This document shows positions 1-9,791 of a stretch of 64,000 bases of DNA, piece by piece. The notes under the pieces are model-generated. The model saw nothing but the letters and a program-made list of their open reading frames with translations, was not told where the DNA came from and did no database searches. How positions within the stretch are numbered: position 1 is the stretch's first letter; every line of letters starts with the position of its first letter. Source of the stretch: a virus; IMG/VR virus record IMGVR_UViG_3300005541_000007, positions 16,386-80,385 of that record. The stretch is one strand, 5' to 3'. Both the position numbers and the translations under genes were made by a program.

Positions 1-741
1 GCTGCTTTATCTGGTCCGGTGCTTTCTACAAGTAAACTAACATTACAATCAGCAGCGCAAGAAATTGTAGCAGCAAGTTTAGGATTAGTTACCATACCAC
101 ACAATGATCCTCCGGGAGCTACAGATGCTATTCGTCTTGAATATTTCTTAAATTTTTCTACGGCATTATTAAGATTTACTCAAATATGTCAAGTGTTGCC
201 TAAAGGAACAATGATTGAACTTTGGAATGAGGCTACTTATAGTGAGGTTCAATCGGGTACCTACAATTTAACTTGGAATTCTGTAATTACGCTTTATGAA
301 AATGCATTGCAGTTAGTTGCAATTGCCAGACAATATGGATTACTGGTTGTAATGCCCGCACCATTAGATCAATCGCCAGAACAAACTTTATTAATGCAAC
401 AAAATAATGCTTTTCCTTGGGAGCAAATGGCGGCATTAAAAGCAGATTATTTAAGTTATCACATGTATGATATTTATGGTGGATTACCGTTTCGTACACG
501 TTTAAAGACTTGTACTGATACAGCAGAAGAACTGGGTATTCCATTAATAATTACAGAAACCAATTTTGGTCCTGATCCTTGGAAAATTATTCAAACAGAA
601 AAAGAATACAAAATACAAGGAATTGCACATTCTATTTATCAATATATAATGGACCCTCCTTCAACTTCTGATTTTAGTAACACTGTTGTTCAAATAGCAA
701 TACAGTCAGCTATAAATAATCCTATTACTACAATAAATTAA
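1..741 (+). CDS. Glycoside hydrolase, clan GH-A (GH5-like), 5'-truncated by the window
   Basis: Frame open from base 1. Acid/base motif IELWNEA, SYHMY, and nucleophile motif PLIITET. Confidence 0.65.
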   Translation, partial: AALSGPVLSTSKLTLQSAAQEIVAASLGLVTIPHNDPPGATDAIRLEYFLNFSTALLRFTQICQVLPKGTMIELWNEATYSEVQSGTYNLTWNSVITLYENALQLVAIARQYGLLVVMPAPLDQSPEQTLLMQQNNAFPWEQMAALKADYLSYHMYDIYGGLPFRTRLKTCTDTAEELGIPLIITETNFGPDPWKIIQTEKEYKIQGIAHSIYQYIMDPPSTSDFSNTVVQIAIQSAINNPITTIN

Positions 742-754
742 GTATACTACATAG

Positions 755-2491
755 GTGCGTATTCCTTCAGCAGCACAAATAGTAATTACCGGTAATACTT
801 CAGGAACTAATCAATTAATTCCAGTTGAATTATTGACGATTGCCGGTGGACCCAATGTTACGCTTAATCAAAGCGGTAATTTAATATCTATTAGTGGTCC
901 TTCTGCTGGTGGTGCTGGAATTCTTAGTGTTTATAATGTAGGACAAACTACAGGACAATCCTCTAGTTCTACAATTAATGGTACTGCTGTTTCATTAGAT
1001 GGTGCTGGTGGTGTTTCTGTTGGTATGTCCGCTGGTTCTATTGTTATTTCTGGTGCTACTGGTGGCGGTGGCGGTGGAGCAATGTCTTGGTATGGTCTTG
1101 GTAATACTACTCAAAATAGTTCCACAACCTTATCCGCAAATTCAATTTCACTTGATGGACTGGGAATTATTTCTGTTGGTTATAGTAATGGATCAATTCA
1201 AATTAGTGCTACCACAGCACAAAGTAATCAAACTGAAGGAAATTATTTTGTAGGTAATACAACAGGGCAAAGTTCATCATCTACTATAGATGCACGTTCT
1301 GTTTCTGTTTCTGGTTTAGGCATTGTTAGTGCTGGAATGTCGGCAGGAATGATGGTTATTTCAGCTACTACAGCAGCACAATCTAATCAATCATTAGGTA
1401 TTTATAATAGTTCAAATACAACAGGGGCAACTACTTCATCAACCTATGACGCAAGAAGTTTATCATTTGTTGGTTATGGCGCAGCATCAGTAGGACAATC
1501 AAATGGATCAATACAAATATCTGTTAATGTGGGGGCACAATCAGCACAAACATTAGGTATTTACGCTAGTTCACAAACCACAGGGCAATCTTCTAGTTCT
1601 ACTATAGATGCACGATCTATGTCTATCGTAGGACAGGGAATTATAAGTGCTGGATTATCTGCTGGCGCTATTTTAATATCCGCTACTACTGCTGCACAAT
1701 CTAATCAAACAGAAGGAAATTATTTCTTAGGTAATACTACAGGACAATCATCTAGTTCTACTATAGATGCTAGAAGTGTATCAGTTTCAGCACTTGGTCC
1801 TATTAGTGCAGGTATGTCTGCTGGTGCGATGGTAATTTCTGCTCCATCTATTTACACAGCATCACAATATCATTGGCCCAATGATTTATTAGATGTAGGA
1901 AATTCCTATGCTTTTGGAAATATAGAAATAAATTATATACCTCTTCCTGTTTATGTATCTGGTACACAAGCATGTATTTATGCCTCATTATCTGCCGTAA
2001 GCACAACAGGAACATTATCATTTAATGCATTATTTAATGCTAGTATTATGATTTATACTAGAAATGCTTCAACCTTAAGCAGTGTATCTTCTGCCAGTCA
2101 ATCATTTTTAATTTCATGGCAAAATAATTCTACATCTTCTATGGGTGGAGCAAGAGAATTTTCCTTTCCTTTAAATATTAATGCTTCTCCTGGTGACTAT
2201 TGGGTTGGTATCGGAATAAATACTTCTACTACACGAGCAGTAAATCCTATAGGTGCTAATATTTTAGTTTCTACAATAGGAGCAGGAACTATTTCTGCAC
2301 AGTATAGAAATGCTTTAGCTGTTTCTGTTGGAACAGTCATTACTAGTACAAATCAAATTATACACGGTGTTGGAGAATACTCTGTTAGTACTGCTGCAAT
2401 TCCTACAGCAATATCAATGACACAAATTACTGCTACAACTGCTGTAGGTTCTGCTCCGGGTAATTTCCATATTGCTCTAAAGAATTGGTAA
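755..2491 (+). CDS. Ser/Thr/Gly-rich repeat protein, probable tail fibre/virion appendage
   Basis: About six ~52-aa repeats (QSNQT..GNTTGQSSSSTIDARS..G.G.vSaGmSaG...ISA) followed by a beta-rich C-terminal domain. Confidence 0.6.
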   Translation: MRIPSAAQIVITGNTSGTNQLIPVELLTIAGGPNVTLNQSGNLISISGPSAGGAGILSVYNVGQTTGQSSSSTINGTAVSLDGAGGVSVGMSAGSIVISGATGGGGGGAMSWYGLGNTTQNSSTTLSANSISLDGLGIISVGYSNGSIQISATTAQSNQTEGNYFVGNTTGQSSSSTIDARSVSVSGLGIVSAGMSAGMMVISATTAAQSNQSLGIYNSSNTTGATTSSTYDARSLSFVGYGAASVGQSNGSIQISVNVGAQSAQTLGIYASSQTTGQSSSSTIDARSMSIVGQGIISAGLSAGAILISATTAAQSNQTEGNYFLGNTTGQSSSSTIDARSVSVSALGPISAGMSAGAMVISAPSIYTASQYHWPNDLLDVGNSYAFGNIEINYIPLPVYVSGTQACIYASLSAVSTTGTLSFNALFNASIMIYTRNASTLSSVSSASQSFLISWQNNSTSSMGGAREFSFPLNINASPGDYWVGIGINTSTTRAVNPIGANILVSTIGAGTISAQYRNALAVSVGTVITSTNQIIHGVGEYSVSTAAIPTAISMTQITATTAVGSAPGNFHIALKNW

Positions 2492-2494
2492 TCA

Positions 2495-2524
2495 TTGACT
2501 TTTATAGTTAGTTTAAGGTATAGT
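2495..2524 (+). promoter_or_regulatory. sigma70-type promoter, leaderless for the ATG at 2532
   Basis: TTGACT-N18-TATAGT, ATG 7 nt downstream. Confidence 0.7.
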
Positions 2525-2531
2525 AATTTAT

Positions 2532-3260
2532 ATGACCAAACCACAAATCTTAATGCCTAATGATTGTGGGATACATAATTCTAATCTAGAAAACTCAACT
2601 ATTAGATTAAATAAAACTAAACTTTATGATAATATTTCAACTATTATAGTTGTTCCTACTCGTGGTGGTCCTTCTTTAACGCCTAGATGGGTAACTTGTT
2701 TAAATAATCTAATGAAACCAATGAATCAACAAATTTTTGGTCCTATGTTTCTTAGTGGAATGGAGGTTGGTGTTGCTTATAATGAGGCAATTCAATCTAT
2801 TTTTAATAATCCTGTATTAAATACTTGTAAATATATGCTTACGTGGGAGGATGATGTTCTTCCTCCACCTGACGGATTATTAAAATTGTATGAAGGAATG
2901 GATAAATTTGATTGTATAGGCGCATTATATTGGACAAAAGGTGAAGAAGGACAACCTATGATTTATGGCGATATTAATGATCCTGTAGTAAATTTTAGAC
3001 CACAGTTACCACAATCAGAGTGTTTACAACGTACATATGGATTAGGTATGGGATTTAATTTATTTAAATTAGATATATTTAGAAAGTTAGAATATCCCTG
3101 GTTTGAAACCGTACAACGTTGGGATGCAAATACAGGTGCAGCACAGTGGACTCAAGATTTAAGTTTCTTTCATAAAGCAGGAAGAGAAGGATTTAAATTT
3201 GCTTGTAATACTAAAGTTCGTGCGGGACATTTTTCCCATGAAACGGATATAGTTTGGTGA
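2532..3260 (+). CDS. GT-A fold glycosyltransferase (GT2-like)
   Basis: IIVVPTRG, LTWEDDVLPP (DxD-like), GMGFNL, QDLSFF, C-terminal GH. Confidence 0.8.
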   Translation: MTKPQILMPNDCGIHNSNLENSTIRLNKTKLYDNISTIIVVPTRGGPSLTPRWVTCLNNLMKPMNQQIFGPMFLSGMEVGVAYNEAIQSIFNNPVLNTCKYMLTWEDDVLPPPDGLLKLYEGMDKFDCIGALYWTKGEEGQPMIYGDINDPVVNFRPQLPQSECLQRTYGLGMGFNLFKLDIFRKLEYPWFETVQRWDANTGAAQWTQDLSFFHKAGREGFKFACNTKVRAGHFSHETDIVW

Positions 3261-3263
3261 TAT

Positions 3264-3827
3264 ATGGAAAAAAAGATTAAAAAGAAAATTGAAAAAATTA
3301 AAGAACCTCTTCGTGTTAAACTTGGATGCGGCCAAAATAAGGTTGAGGGATTTAAAGGACTTGATATTTGTGATGGAATCGGTGCTGATTGGGTGCATGA
3401 TTTAACAGTATATCCTTGGCCTTTTGAGGATGATTCTGTGGATGAATATTTAGCCGCACATGTATTTGAACATATTCCTGCTTTGCATAGGGGTAAGTTC
3501 ATGGATGAAGTGTGGCGTACACTTAAAATGGGTGCTTCTATTAGAGTAATTACACCGGGGCATATGTGTGATAGAGCATGGCAAGATTACTCTCATATTA
3601 TGCCGCCTATAGTTCCAAGTTCTTATAATTACTTTATGAGAGATTATAGAGAATTTAATAAACTTACACATGGAGTATATGATTTAAAGTGTAATTTCAG
3701 TGTAAGTATTAATGGTGTGGTAGACGGTACATGGATTAATCGTTCTGAAGATGCCAAGCAATTTGCTTCTAGACATTATTGGAATGTTATTAATGATTAT
3801 GATGTAACTATGATCAAAATTCCTTAG
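3264..3827 (+). CDS. Class I SAM-dependent methyltransferase
   Basis: VKLGCGQ motif I; HDL..PWPFEDDSVDE; HVFEHI; EVWRTLKMG. Confidence 0.8.
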   Translation: MEKKIKKKIEKIKEPLRVKLGCGQNKVEGFKGLDICDGIGADWVHDLTVYPWPFEDDSVDEYLAAHVFEHIPALHRGKFMDEVWRTLKMGASIRVITPGHMCDRAWQDYSHIMPPIVPSSYNYFMRDYREFNKLTHGVYDLKCNFSVSINGVVDGTWINRSEDAKQFASRHYWNVINDYDVTMIKIP

Positions 3828-3863
3828 ATTTATATTCAAAATAGGGTACAATATGGCTACAAT

Positions 3864-4865
3864 ATGGACGAATATAGTAGCCTCGTCAACCTTCTTACTT
3901 TTGAATTTAAAGCATGGGTAAATTCTTATAATCTTGAAAACTTAATAGAAATAATTGTAGATTATAATCGTCCTTTAGAGTTAAGATTTACAGATAGAAT
4001 TATTCGTTCTACATTACTTGTAACCTATGCAGATATTGACTATATTCTACAATCTTCTAATTTAAGTCAATTTAGTTCTGATAATCGTGCAGGATTAAAA
4101 AATACCTTACATAGAATTTCTGTATTAAGAAATAAAAATAATAGAATTATAGGACTAACTATGCGTATCGGACGTAATATTACGTCAACTGTACCTCTAA
4201 TTGCAGATTTATTAGATGATAATAAATCTATATTATTTATTGGAAAACCGGGTACCGGAAAAACCTCATTTGTAAGACAAGCAGCATGTTACTTATCAGA
4301 TTTTTCTGAAAAACGTGTAATTATTGTAGATACTTCATGTGAAATTGCGGGAGATAATGATTATCCACACGAATCTGTGGGTTCTGCTAGAAGATTGATG
4401 GTCAAAGATCGTGAACATCAAGAGCAATATTTACTTGAAGCAGTTCAAAATCATTATCCTGAATACATTATTGTAGATGAAATTTCTACTAGAAAGGAAG
4501 CCGATAGTATTTGTTCTATTGCAGAACGCGGTGTAAAAGTTATTGGAACTGTACATGGTAGTGATTTTATTGGTGTTTTAAACAATTATAAGATTAATAG
4601 TATCTTAGGTTCTGTAGAAAAAGTTGTAATTACAGATGAAAATGCTAAGAAAAATGATGGAGTAAAAATTAAAACTGAGCGTAGATCAATACCGCCTTTT
4701 GAAATTGTAGTTGAACTTCTAGCATTTGATAAAATAAAAATCTACTACAATACACAAGAAACTATAGATACTTATCTTACAGAAAAAAGTATCTCATATG
4801 AACTACGTACACTAAAAGATGGTGAAATGTATTGCAAATTTATCTCGGGTGAGGTATTATCTTAG
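3864..4865 (+). CDS. Ycf45/SpoIIIAA-like AAA+ ATPase
   Basis: DNRAG..TLHRIS.LRN...IIGLT.RIGR, Walker A GKPGTGKT, VDTSCEIAG, EAVQNH.P..IIVDEI, GTVHG. Confidence 0.85.
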   Translation: MDEYSSLVNLLTFEFKAWVNSYNLENLIEIIVDYNRPLELRFTDRIIRSTLLVTYADIDYILQSSNLSQFSSDNRAGLKNTLHRISVLRNKNNRIIGLTMRIGRNITSTVPLIADLLDDNKSILFIGKPGTGKTSFVRQAACYLSDFSEKRVIIVDTSCEIAGDNDYPHESVGSARRLMVKDREHQEQYLLEAVQNHYPEYIIVDEISTRKEADSICSIAERGVKVIGTVHGSDFIGVLNNYKINSILGSVEKVVITDENAKKNDGVKIKTERRSIPPFEIVVELLAFDKIKIYYNTQETIDTYLTEKSISYELRTLKDGEMYCKFISGEVLS

Positions 4866-4868
4866 GTA

Positions 4869-5636
4869 ATGTCAGCAGAAATTTTCATGTCTCATTATGA
4901 TAATGAGGGATATTTTAATCATGGACTAAGAGAACCTACAAATCTTAATGTATTTCAAACCACTAAAGAGTACCGTGATTTATCTACTATTATTGTAACT
5001 CCTACTAGAAAAGGAAATTCCATATCTTCTAGGTGGATGGGATGTTATCTTGATTTGATGAAACCAATGAATCAAAAGGTTTTTGGTCCTATGTTTATAG
5101 TCGGTATGGAAGTAGGAGAGGCTTATAATGAGGCTATTAAGCGTATCCTTAACCATGATATTCTAAAAAATGTTACTTATTTAGTCACTTTAGAAGATGA
5201 TGTTCTTCCTCCACCAGACGGATTATTAAAGTTATATGAAGATGTTCAACACTATGATGTAGTTGGAGGACTCTATTATTCTAAGGGGGATTTTGGTTGG
5301 CCTATGATTTATGGTGATGTATCACAAAAAGAAATAGGTTGGGCACCACAAGAACCAAAAAGTTTTAAAGAGGGGGAAAATACATTACAAGAGTGTTATG
5401 GATTAGGTATGGGATTTAATATCTATAAAATGGATATATTTAAAAAAATGGAATATCCTTGGTTTGAAACATTGCAACATTTTGATAAAGATTTAGGCGT
5501 GCAAGGTATGACCCAGGACCTCCACGCCTTTCAGCAAATGTACAAGGCAGGTTATAGGTTTGCATGTGATGTGTCATTAAAGTGCGGACATTTTGATGCG
5601 AATGGTGGAGACAGCGGTTTAGGGTTTACCTGGTAA
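4869..5636 (+). CDS. GT-A glycosyltransferase, paralog of 2532..3260
   Basis: Shares LMKPMNQ..FGPMF..GMEVG.AYNEAI, EDDVLPPPDGLLKLYE, YGLGMGFN, EYPWFET. Confidence 0.8.
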   Translation: MSAEIFMSHYDNEGYFNHGLREPTNLNVFQTTKEYRDLSTIIVTPTRKGNSISSRWMGCYLDLMKPMNQKVFGPMFIVGMEVGEAYNEAIKRILNHDILKNVTYLVTLEDDVLPPPDGLLKLYEDVQHYDVVGGLYYSKGDFGWPMIYGDVSQKEIGWAPQEPKSFKEGENTLQECYGLGMGFNIYKMDIFKKMEYPWFETLQHFDKDLGVQGMTQDLHAFQQMYKAGYRFACDVSLKCGHFDANGGDSGLGFTW

Positions 5637-5731
5637 ATATCATTTAAAAACTTTTTTTATAGTATTAAAACAGGGTATCATATTAAACATCATGACTATG
5701 ATTACAATTTCTACTCTGGAGACTAAATAAT

Positions 5732-6190
5732 ATGCAGGCCCTTTTGAGTACCGCTTACACTGCTGGTCCCGGTACAACTGCTGTTAATACAGCTACCGTA
5801 AACCTTCTAAACGTCCCTAATGGATATATTGCTGGTGTTGATCCACGTCCTGTGGCTATCTTCACTCGTGGGCATATTCTTCTAAATATTCCTACTGTTC
5901 TACAGGCTTCACAAACTGTTGCTCTTGCTATCATCGGTATTGATGCTTATGGTGCTACTTACAACTATGGTGGTACTTTCTCAACCCAATCCGCTGCTGG
6001 ACAATATCTTTATGTGTTTAATGAACAGGCACTAACAACCGCTTCTGGTGGTGCTATTCCTGCTTCTGGTATTCGACAAATGCCGCTTCCTGAACAATTC
6101 CAGGTTCAACTACAGTTTGCTAACTCAACTGGTTCTGCTGCTGGTATTTCTGTTTCTCTACTCAATAACCTTTCTTACATCGCTGAATAA
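5732..6190 (+). CDS. Beta-rich Ala/Thr/Gly protein, probable virion/decoration protein
   Basis: GGAG RBS, own promoter (GGGTATCAT, -10 at 5676) and terminator; composition like structural proteins. Confidence 0.45.
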   Translation: MQALLSTAYTAGPGTTAVNTATVNLLNVPNGYIAGVDPRPVAIFTRGHILLNIPTVLQASQTVALAIIGIDAYGATYNYGGTFSTQSAAGQYLYVFNEQALTTASGGAIPASGIRQMPLPEQFQVQLQFANSTGSAAGISVSLLNNLSYIAE

Positions 6191-6213
6191 GTTCTGAGAT
6201 TGAGTCATAGTCT

Positions 6214-6249
6214 AAAATCCTTTTCTGCGAATGTGGGAAAGGATTTTTT
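6214..6249 (+). terminator. Rho-independent terminator
   Basis: AAAATCCTTTTC...GGAAAGGATTTT hairpin followed by T run. Confidence 0.7.
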
Positions 6250-6284
6250 ATATTTTACTTTTATAAAAAGGTATATTATCAATA

Positions 6285-6809
6285 GTGCCTAATCTTATTA
6301 CAGCTTCACCAATATTGTTTGATTATATGCCATCTGGTACGGCTGTTTCTAATACATTACTAGAATCTAGTTTAGGTGTTAATTTTACAATTCCACTTAG
6401 ATTTTTCTATACTGGTAGATGTTTTAAATATGTACTTAGAGGAATGGGTAGTTCTATTTCTGGTGTTCCGGGGCAATTAACACTAAATACTTATTTAAAT
6501 AGTACACTTTTATGTACTACAGGTCCACTTAATTTAACTTCTGGTGCTACTAATTATGGATTTGAATATATTATTGATGGCATTTGTATTACAGGACATA
6601 TAGGAAGTACATCAGGAAATGAACCAAATTCACAAGGACCCGTTATTCAAGCAGACTGTAGTATAGGCGGTTTGCAAATTCCAGGTACAACTACAGTACA
6701 ACCTGCTATTGCTGATCCTTATATTTTAAAGACTACAGCAATATTTACAGTTGCTAATGCAGGTAATTCTGTACAGGCACGTCAAGCATCCATTATGGGA
6801 ATGGGATAA
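6285..6809 (+). CDS. Probable virion beta-sandwich protein
   Basis: G/T/S-rich; similar to the next ORF (AGNSVQ / AGNSAQ C-termini). Confidence 0.4.
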   Translation: MPNLITASPILFDYMPSGTAVSNTLLESSLGVNFTIPLRFFYTGRCFKYVLRGMGSSISGVPGQLTLNTYLNSTLLCTTGPLNLTSGATNYGFEYIIDGICITGHIGSTSGNEPNSQGPVIQADCSIGGLQIPGTTTVQPAIADPYILKTTAIFTVANAGNSVQARQASIMGMG

Positions 6810-6812
6810 TTT

Positions 6813-7337
6813 ATGAATTCACCACTATTTTTTAGCACAACTGATCAAACTTTTTATGATGTAACCGCTGCTGGGGTTGTGACTGCAACTGCTTCAGAAA
6901 CACAGGCGGCGGGTTGTGTACTTCCTGCTAATACTTTTTCTGTAGCAGGAAGAAATATTAGGATTCGTTATCAAGGTATTCAAACTGCTGTTAATGGAAC
7001 TGATACTCTTACTGTAAAAGTTCGGTTTGGTGCTGCCTCTTTAAGTGGTACAGTTATTGTTAATGGCGCGGCTACTACTGGTGCTGTAAATAATGTATTT
7101 AGTGGTGATGTATTAATTACTGCTCGTGCTGCTGCTGGTGCTGCTGTGGCCTGTGTAGCTGATGCTACCTACAGCGAACTTGCTTTAATTGCCTCTTCTG
7201 CATTTAAGAAAGCTAGAATGGCATCGACTAATTTTGCTACTAATGCACCATTAGTTATTGAAGTTACTCTACAATTTCAATCTGCTTCGGCAGGTAATTC
7301 TGCTCAAGTAGATCAATTTTCTGTAGAGTTTCTTTAG
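6813..7337 (+). CDS. Probable virion beta-sandwich protein
   Basis: LPANTF..AGRNIRI motif; Ala/Thr-rich. Confidence 0.4.
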   Translation: MNSPLFFSTTDQTFYDVTAAGVVTATASETQAAGCVLPANTFSVAGRNIRIRYQGIQTAVNGTDTLTVKVRFGAASLSGTVIVNGAATTGAVNNVFSGDVLITARAAAGAAVACVADATYSELALIASSAFKKARMASTNFATNAPLVIEVTLQFQSASAGNSAQVDQFSVEFL

Positions 7338-7882
7338 TCATGTTGTTCATCGTACACTGGCGGCAACTTCTCTAATATAACTACAAGGTTATCTACCGAG
7401 TTAAGATAGTGTTCTGTACGCATTTTAATAACATCTTCGGTACGATTCTTAGTTTTACTATCATCATTAAATGTACCTTCTAACTTTGTAATGGCAAAAT
7501 TAGATTGCATTTGATAGTCTTTTCCTGTAAAATCATTAATCTTACGCCATGTAGCATTATACATATTATATGAATTAGGTGTAATTGGAGGCCACTGAAT
7601 CATTGGGTCTACGTATGAAATCTCATTACTCCAATAAGGGGTAATAATAGTTGCTGTACCGCCTAATTTAAGTACACGATAAATTTCATCAAAAAATATA
7701 AATCTATCATATGAATGTACATAGTGTAAGTAGTTTGCACATAGAATTTCATCTACACTTTCACAATCAAAATCCCACGGGTAGTATTCAACTTCTTCTG
7801 TGGATAGGTTGAAATATCCTTCTACATTTGTAGAATCTTTAGTGCCGACATTTAACTTAACTTTATTATATTCTTGTTCCAT
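7334..7882 (-). CDS. SAM methyltransferase paralog with degenerate motif I
   Basis: YPWDFDCESVDE, FFDEIYRVLKLGG, TPYWS; motif I is LNVGTKD. Confidence 0.65.
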   Translation of the reverse strand: MEQEYNKVKLNVGTKDSTNVEGYFNLSTEEVEYYPWDFDCESVDEILCANYLHYVHSYDRFIFFDEIYRVLKLGGTATIITPYWSNEISYVDPMIQWPPITPNSYNMYNATWRKINDFTGKDYQMQSNFAITKLEGTFNDDSKTKNRTEDVIKMRTEHYLNSVDNLVVILEKLPPVYDEQHD

Positions 7883-7883
7883 A

Positions 7884-8636
7884 TTAATTTTCGTCTCCCA
7901 AATCTCTTCCGTTAATTATACCTTCTGTATCAAAATTTTGAAACATTAGTAAAATATTCTCTTTAAACTCAGTAGTATCATCATTCACTAAGATACAATC
8001 CCAATCATCTACACTCTTTAAATCTAAAGAAGTTTCGCTAGGATGATCCCCAGTCCATCCAATAGAAGGACGAATTACTCTAATAGTCTTACCATCAAGT
8101 GATTTAATAGTATCATACTCATTGGGAAATCGCATATCACAACAAATTGCATATTTATATTTACCAGATTCTTTTAGTTCATTCATTTTTTTAATAAATT
8201 TATTAATCCAATAATTATCATCTGATTTTCTGCGATATTCTGTTCCCCAATATTGCATTAACATTCTATAATTTTCTTTTTCTGGATTATCTGTATTAAG
8301 AATATCCTTAATTTTTTGTTTTGCGTCCTCTCTTCCGTAACCTATGTGGTAGAAATGTCGTACACCTAATTTAGAACGGCCCTGTGGGTCAACGTGGGGC
8401 CAAGAATACACCATATTCCAAATGGCATTGCCTTCTTGCTCCCCAAACATATCAATTAATTTTTCAAGTGCTGTGTATGAGGGCGTATTAACTAAAAATT
8501 CCGAAACTTCCTCTTTTAATCCATCTGCAAAATTACATTGAATAACGTCAGATCGTGTAGCCATGATTGTGTTAGCAATATATGTCTTGCCATTACACTT
8601 TTTTCCTGAAATTCCCAAAATATTAAAACTACTCAT
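7884..8636 (-). CDS. Deoxynucleoside monophosphate kinase (T4 gp1-like)
   Basis: GISGKKCNGKT, FADGLKE, RMLMQYWGTEYRR, DMRFPNE, HPSET. Confidence 0.85.
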   Translation of the reverse strand: MSSFNILGISGKKCNGKTYIANTIMATRSDVIQCNFADGLKEEVSEFLVNTPSYTALEKLIDMFGEQEGNAIWNMVYSWPHVDPQGRSKLGVRHFYHIGYGREDAKQKIKDILNTDNPEKENYRMLMQYWGTEYRRKSDDNYWINKFIKKMNELKESGKYKYAICCDMRFPNEYDTIKSLDGKTIRVIRPSIGWTGDHPSETSLDLKSVDDWDCILVNDDTTEFKENILLMFQNFDTEGIINGRDLGDEN

Positions 8637-8815
8637 GATAAATTTACTATTTCTCCTTCTAAATTAACAAAAATTTGTGTAAATGGTCCATAAGGTTGAT
8701 GTTCTTCTACATTAGAAATATCACAGGGCAGATATAGTGCATTTTTATTAAAAAATCTAACTTTCATATTTGGTTCAAATTCCTCTAACTTATCTATCAA
8801 TTCCTTACATGTCAT
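8633..8815 (-). CDS. Small phage hypothetical protein
   Basis: MTCKELIDKL...P...V pattern common in phages; stop overlaps the next start. Confidence 0.55.
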   Translation of the reverse strand: MTCKELIDKLEEFEPNMKVRFFNKNALYLPCDISNVEEHQPYGPFTQIFVNLEGEIVNLS

Positions 8816-8831
8816 GTGGTATCATATCCCT

Positions 8832-9233
8832 ATGGTTGATGAATCTATTATTCCTTTTCATTATGCTGATGAAATTTATCATATTCAAATTCTTAAAATT
8901 CTAATTCGTACTCGTGGTATTACTGTTACTTTTGATTCAAATCCTACTCTAGTTTGGAAATATATTCCTGGTTCCTATAAAACTAATAAACGACGAAGCG
9001 ATCATACTTATAGAATTCTTCAGGTAAATACACAAGAAGAACTCATAACTTTCTTAAAGTCACTAAAAACTAAACAAATTAATAAAGAAGTAGATTTTGA
9101 CATTAATTCTCCTTTAATTGAATATAATAGTGTAACAAAGCGTATTATGCGTATTCATAAACATATTGAACCACCTAAGTTTTTAAAATTTCCTAAACAA
9201 TATATACTAGAAACCTGCACTATGGAATTTTAA
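8832..9233 (+). CDS. Hypothetical protein (likely start ATG 8832)
   Basis: TGTGGTATCAT -10 element ends 6 nt upstream of ATG 8832. Confidence 0.5.
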   Translation: MVDESIIPFHYADEIYHIQILKILIRTRGITVTFDSNPTLVWKYIPGSYKTNKRRSDHTYRILQVNTQEELITFLKSLKTKQINKEVDFDINSPLIEYNSVTKRIMRIHKHIEPPKFLKFPKQYILETCTMEF

Positions 9234-9753
9234 TAAGTGTAGCCACAATATCAGAAAAAGTATTTAAATGATGTTTAGCAAATGAGTGCATTTCTTCTTT
9301 TCCTCTATTAAGTTCTGAGTAATTATCTGAAATCATAGCTTTTACATCTACTTCAAAATTACATTTCAAATCATAAACTCCAAATGTAAGTTTATTTTGT
9401 TCTCGCCAATCTCTTACAAAATAAGCATAACTATTACCAGTTATAGCTGGAAATGCATGGCTGAAATCCTGGATAGATCTTTCACTGTTCCAAGCAGGGG
9501 TAGTGAAGGTTGCCTTTCCTCCCATTTCTAAAATACGCCATACTTCATCCATGAACTTACCACGTAGTTTACCTTCAATATGTTCAAATACGTGACAACA
9601 AATAATTTCTTCTACAGAATTATCTTCAAAAGGCCAAGGAAATTGTTCTAGATCATGTACAACATCTGTAACACCGGGAAGGTCAACAATATCTACTCCA
9701 ATAAATCCTTCTGGTTTAGATGGACCCGATCCTAACTCAACGCGTAATCCCAT
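9220..9753 (-). CDS. Class I SAM methyltransferase, paralog of 3264..3827
   Basis: VELGSG, PWPFEDNSVEE, HVFEHI, RGKFMDEVWR, GVYDLKCNF shared with 3264. Confidence 0.8.
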   Translation of the reverse strand: MGLRVELGSGPSKPEGFIGVDIVDLPGVTDVVHDLEQFPWPFEDNSVEEIICCHVFEHIEGKLRGKFMDEVWRILEMGGKATFTTPAWNSERSIQDFSHAFPAITGNSYAYFVRDWREQNKLTFGVYDLKCNFEVDVKAMISDNYSELNRGKEEMHSFAKHHLNTFSDIVATLIKIP

Positions 9754-9761
9754 GAAACTGT

Positions 9762-9791
9762 ATTATACCTTGTAGTATGTTGATTTGTCAA
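9762..9791 (-). promoter_or_regulatory. Consensus sigma70 promoter, leaderless
   Basis: TTGACA-N18-TATAAT on the minus strand, ATG 8 nt downstream. Confidence 0.8.
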
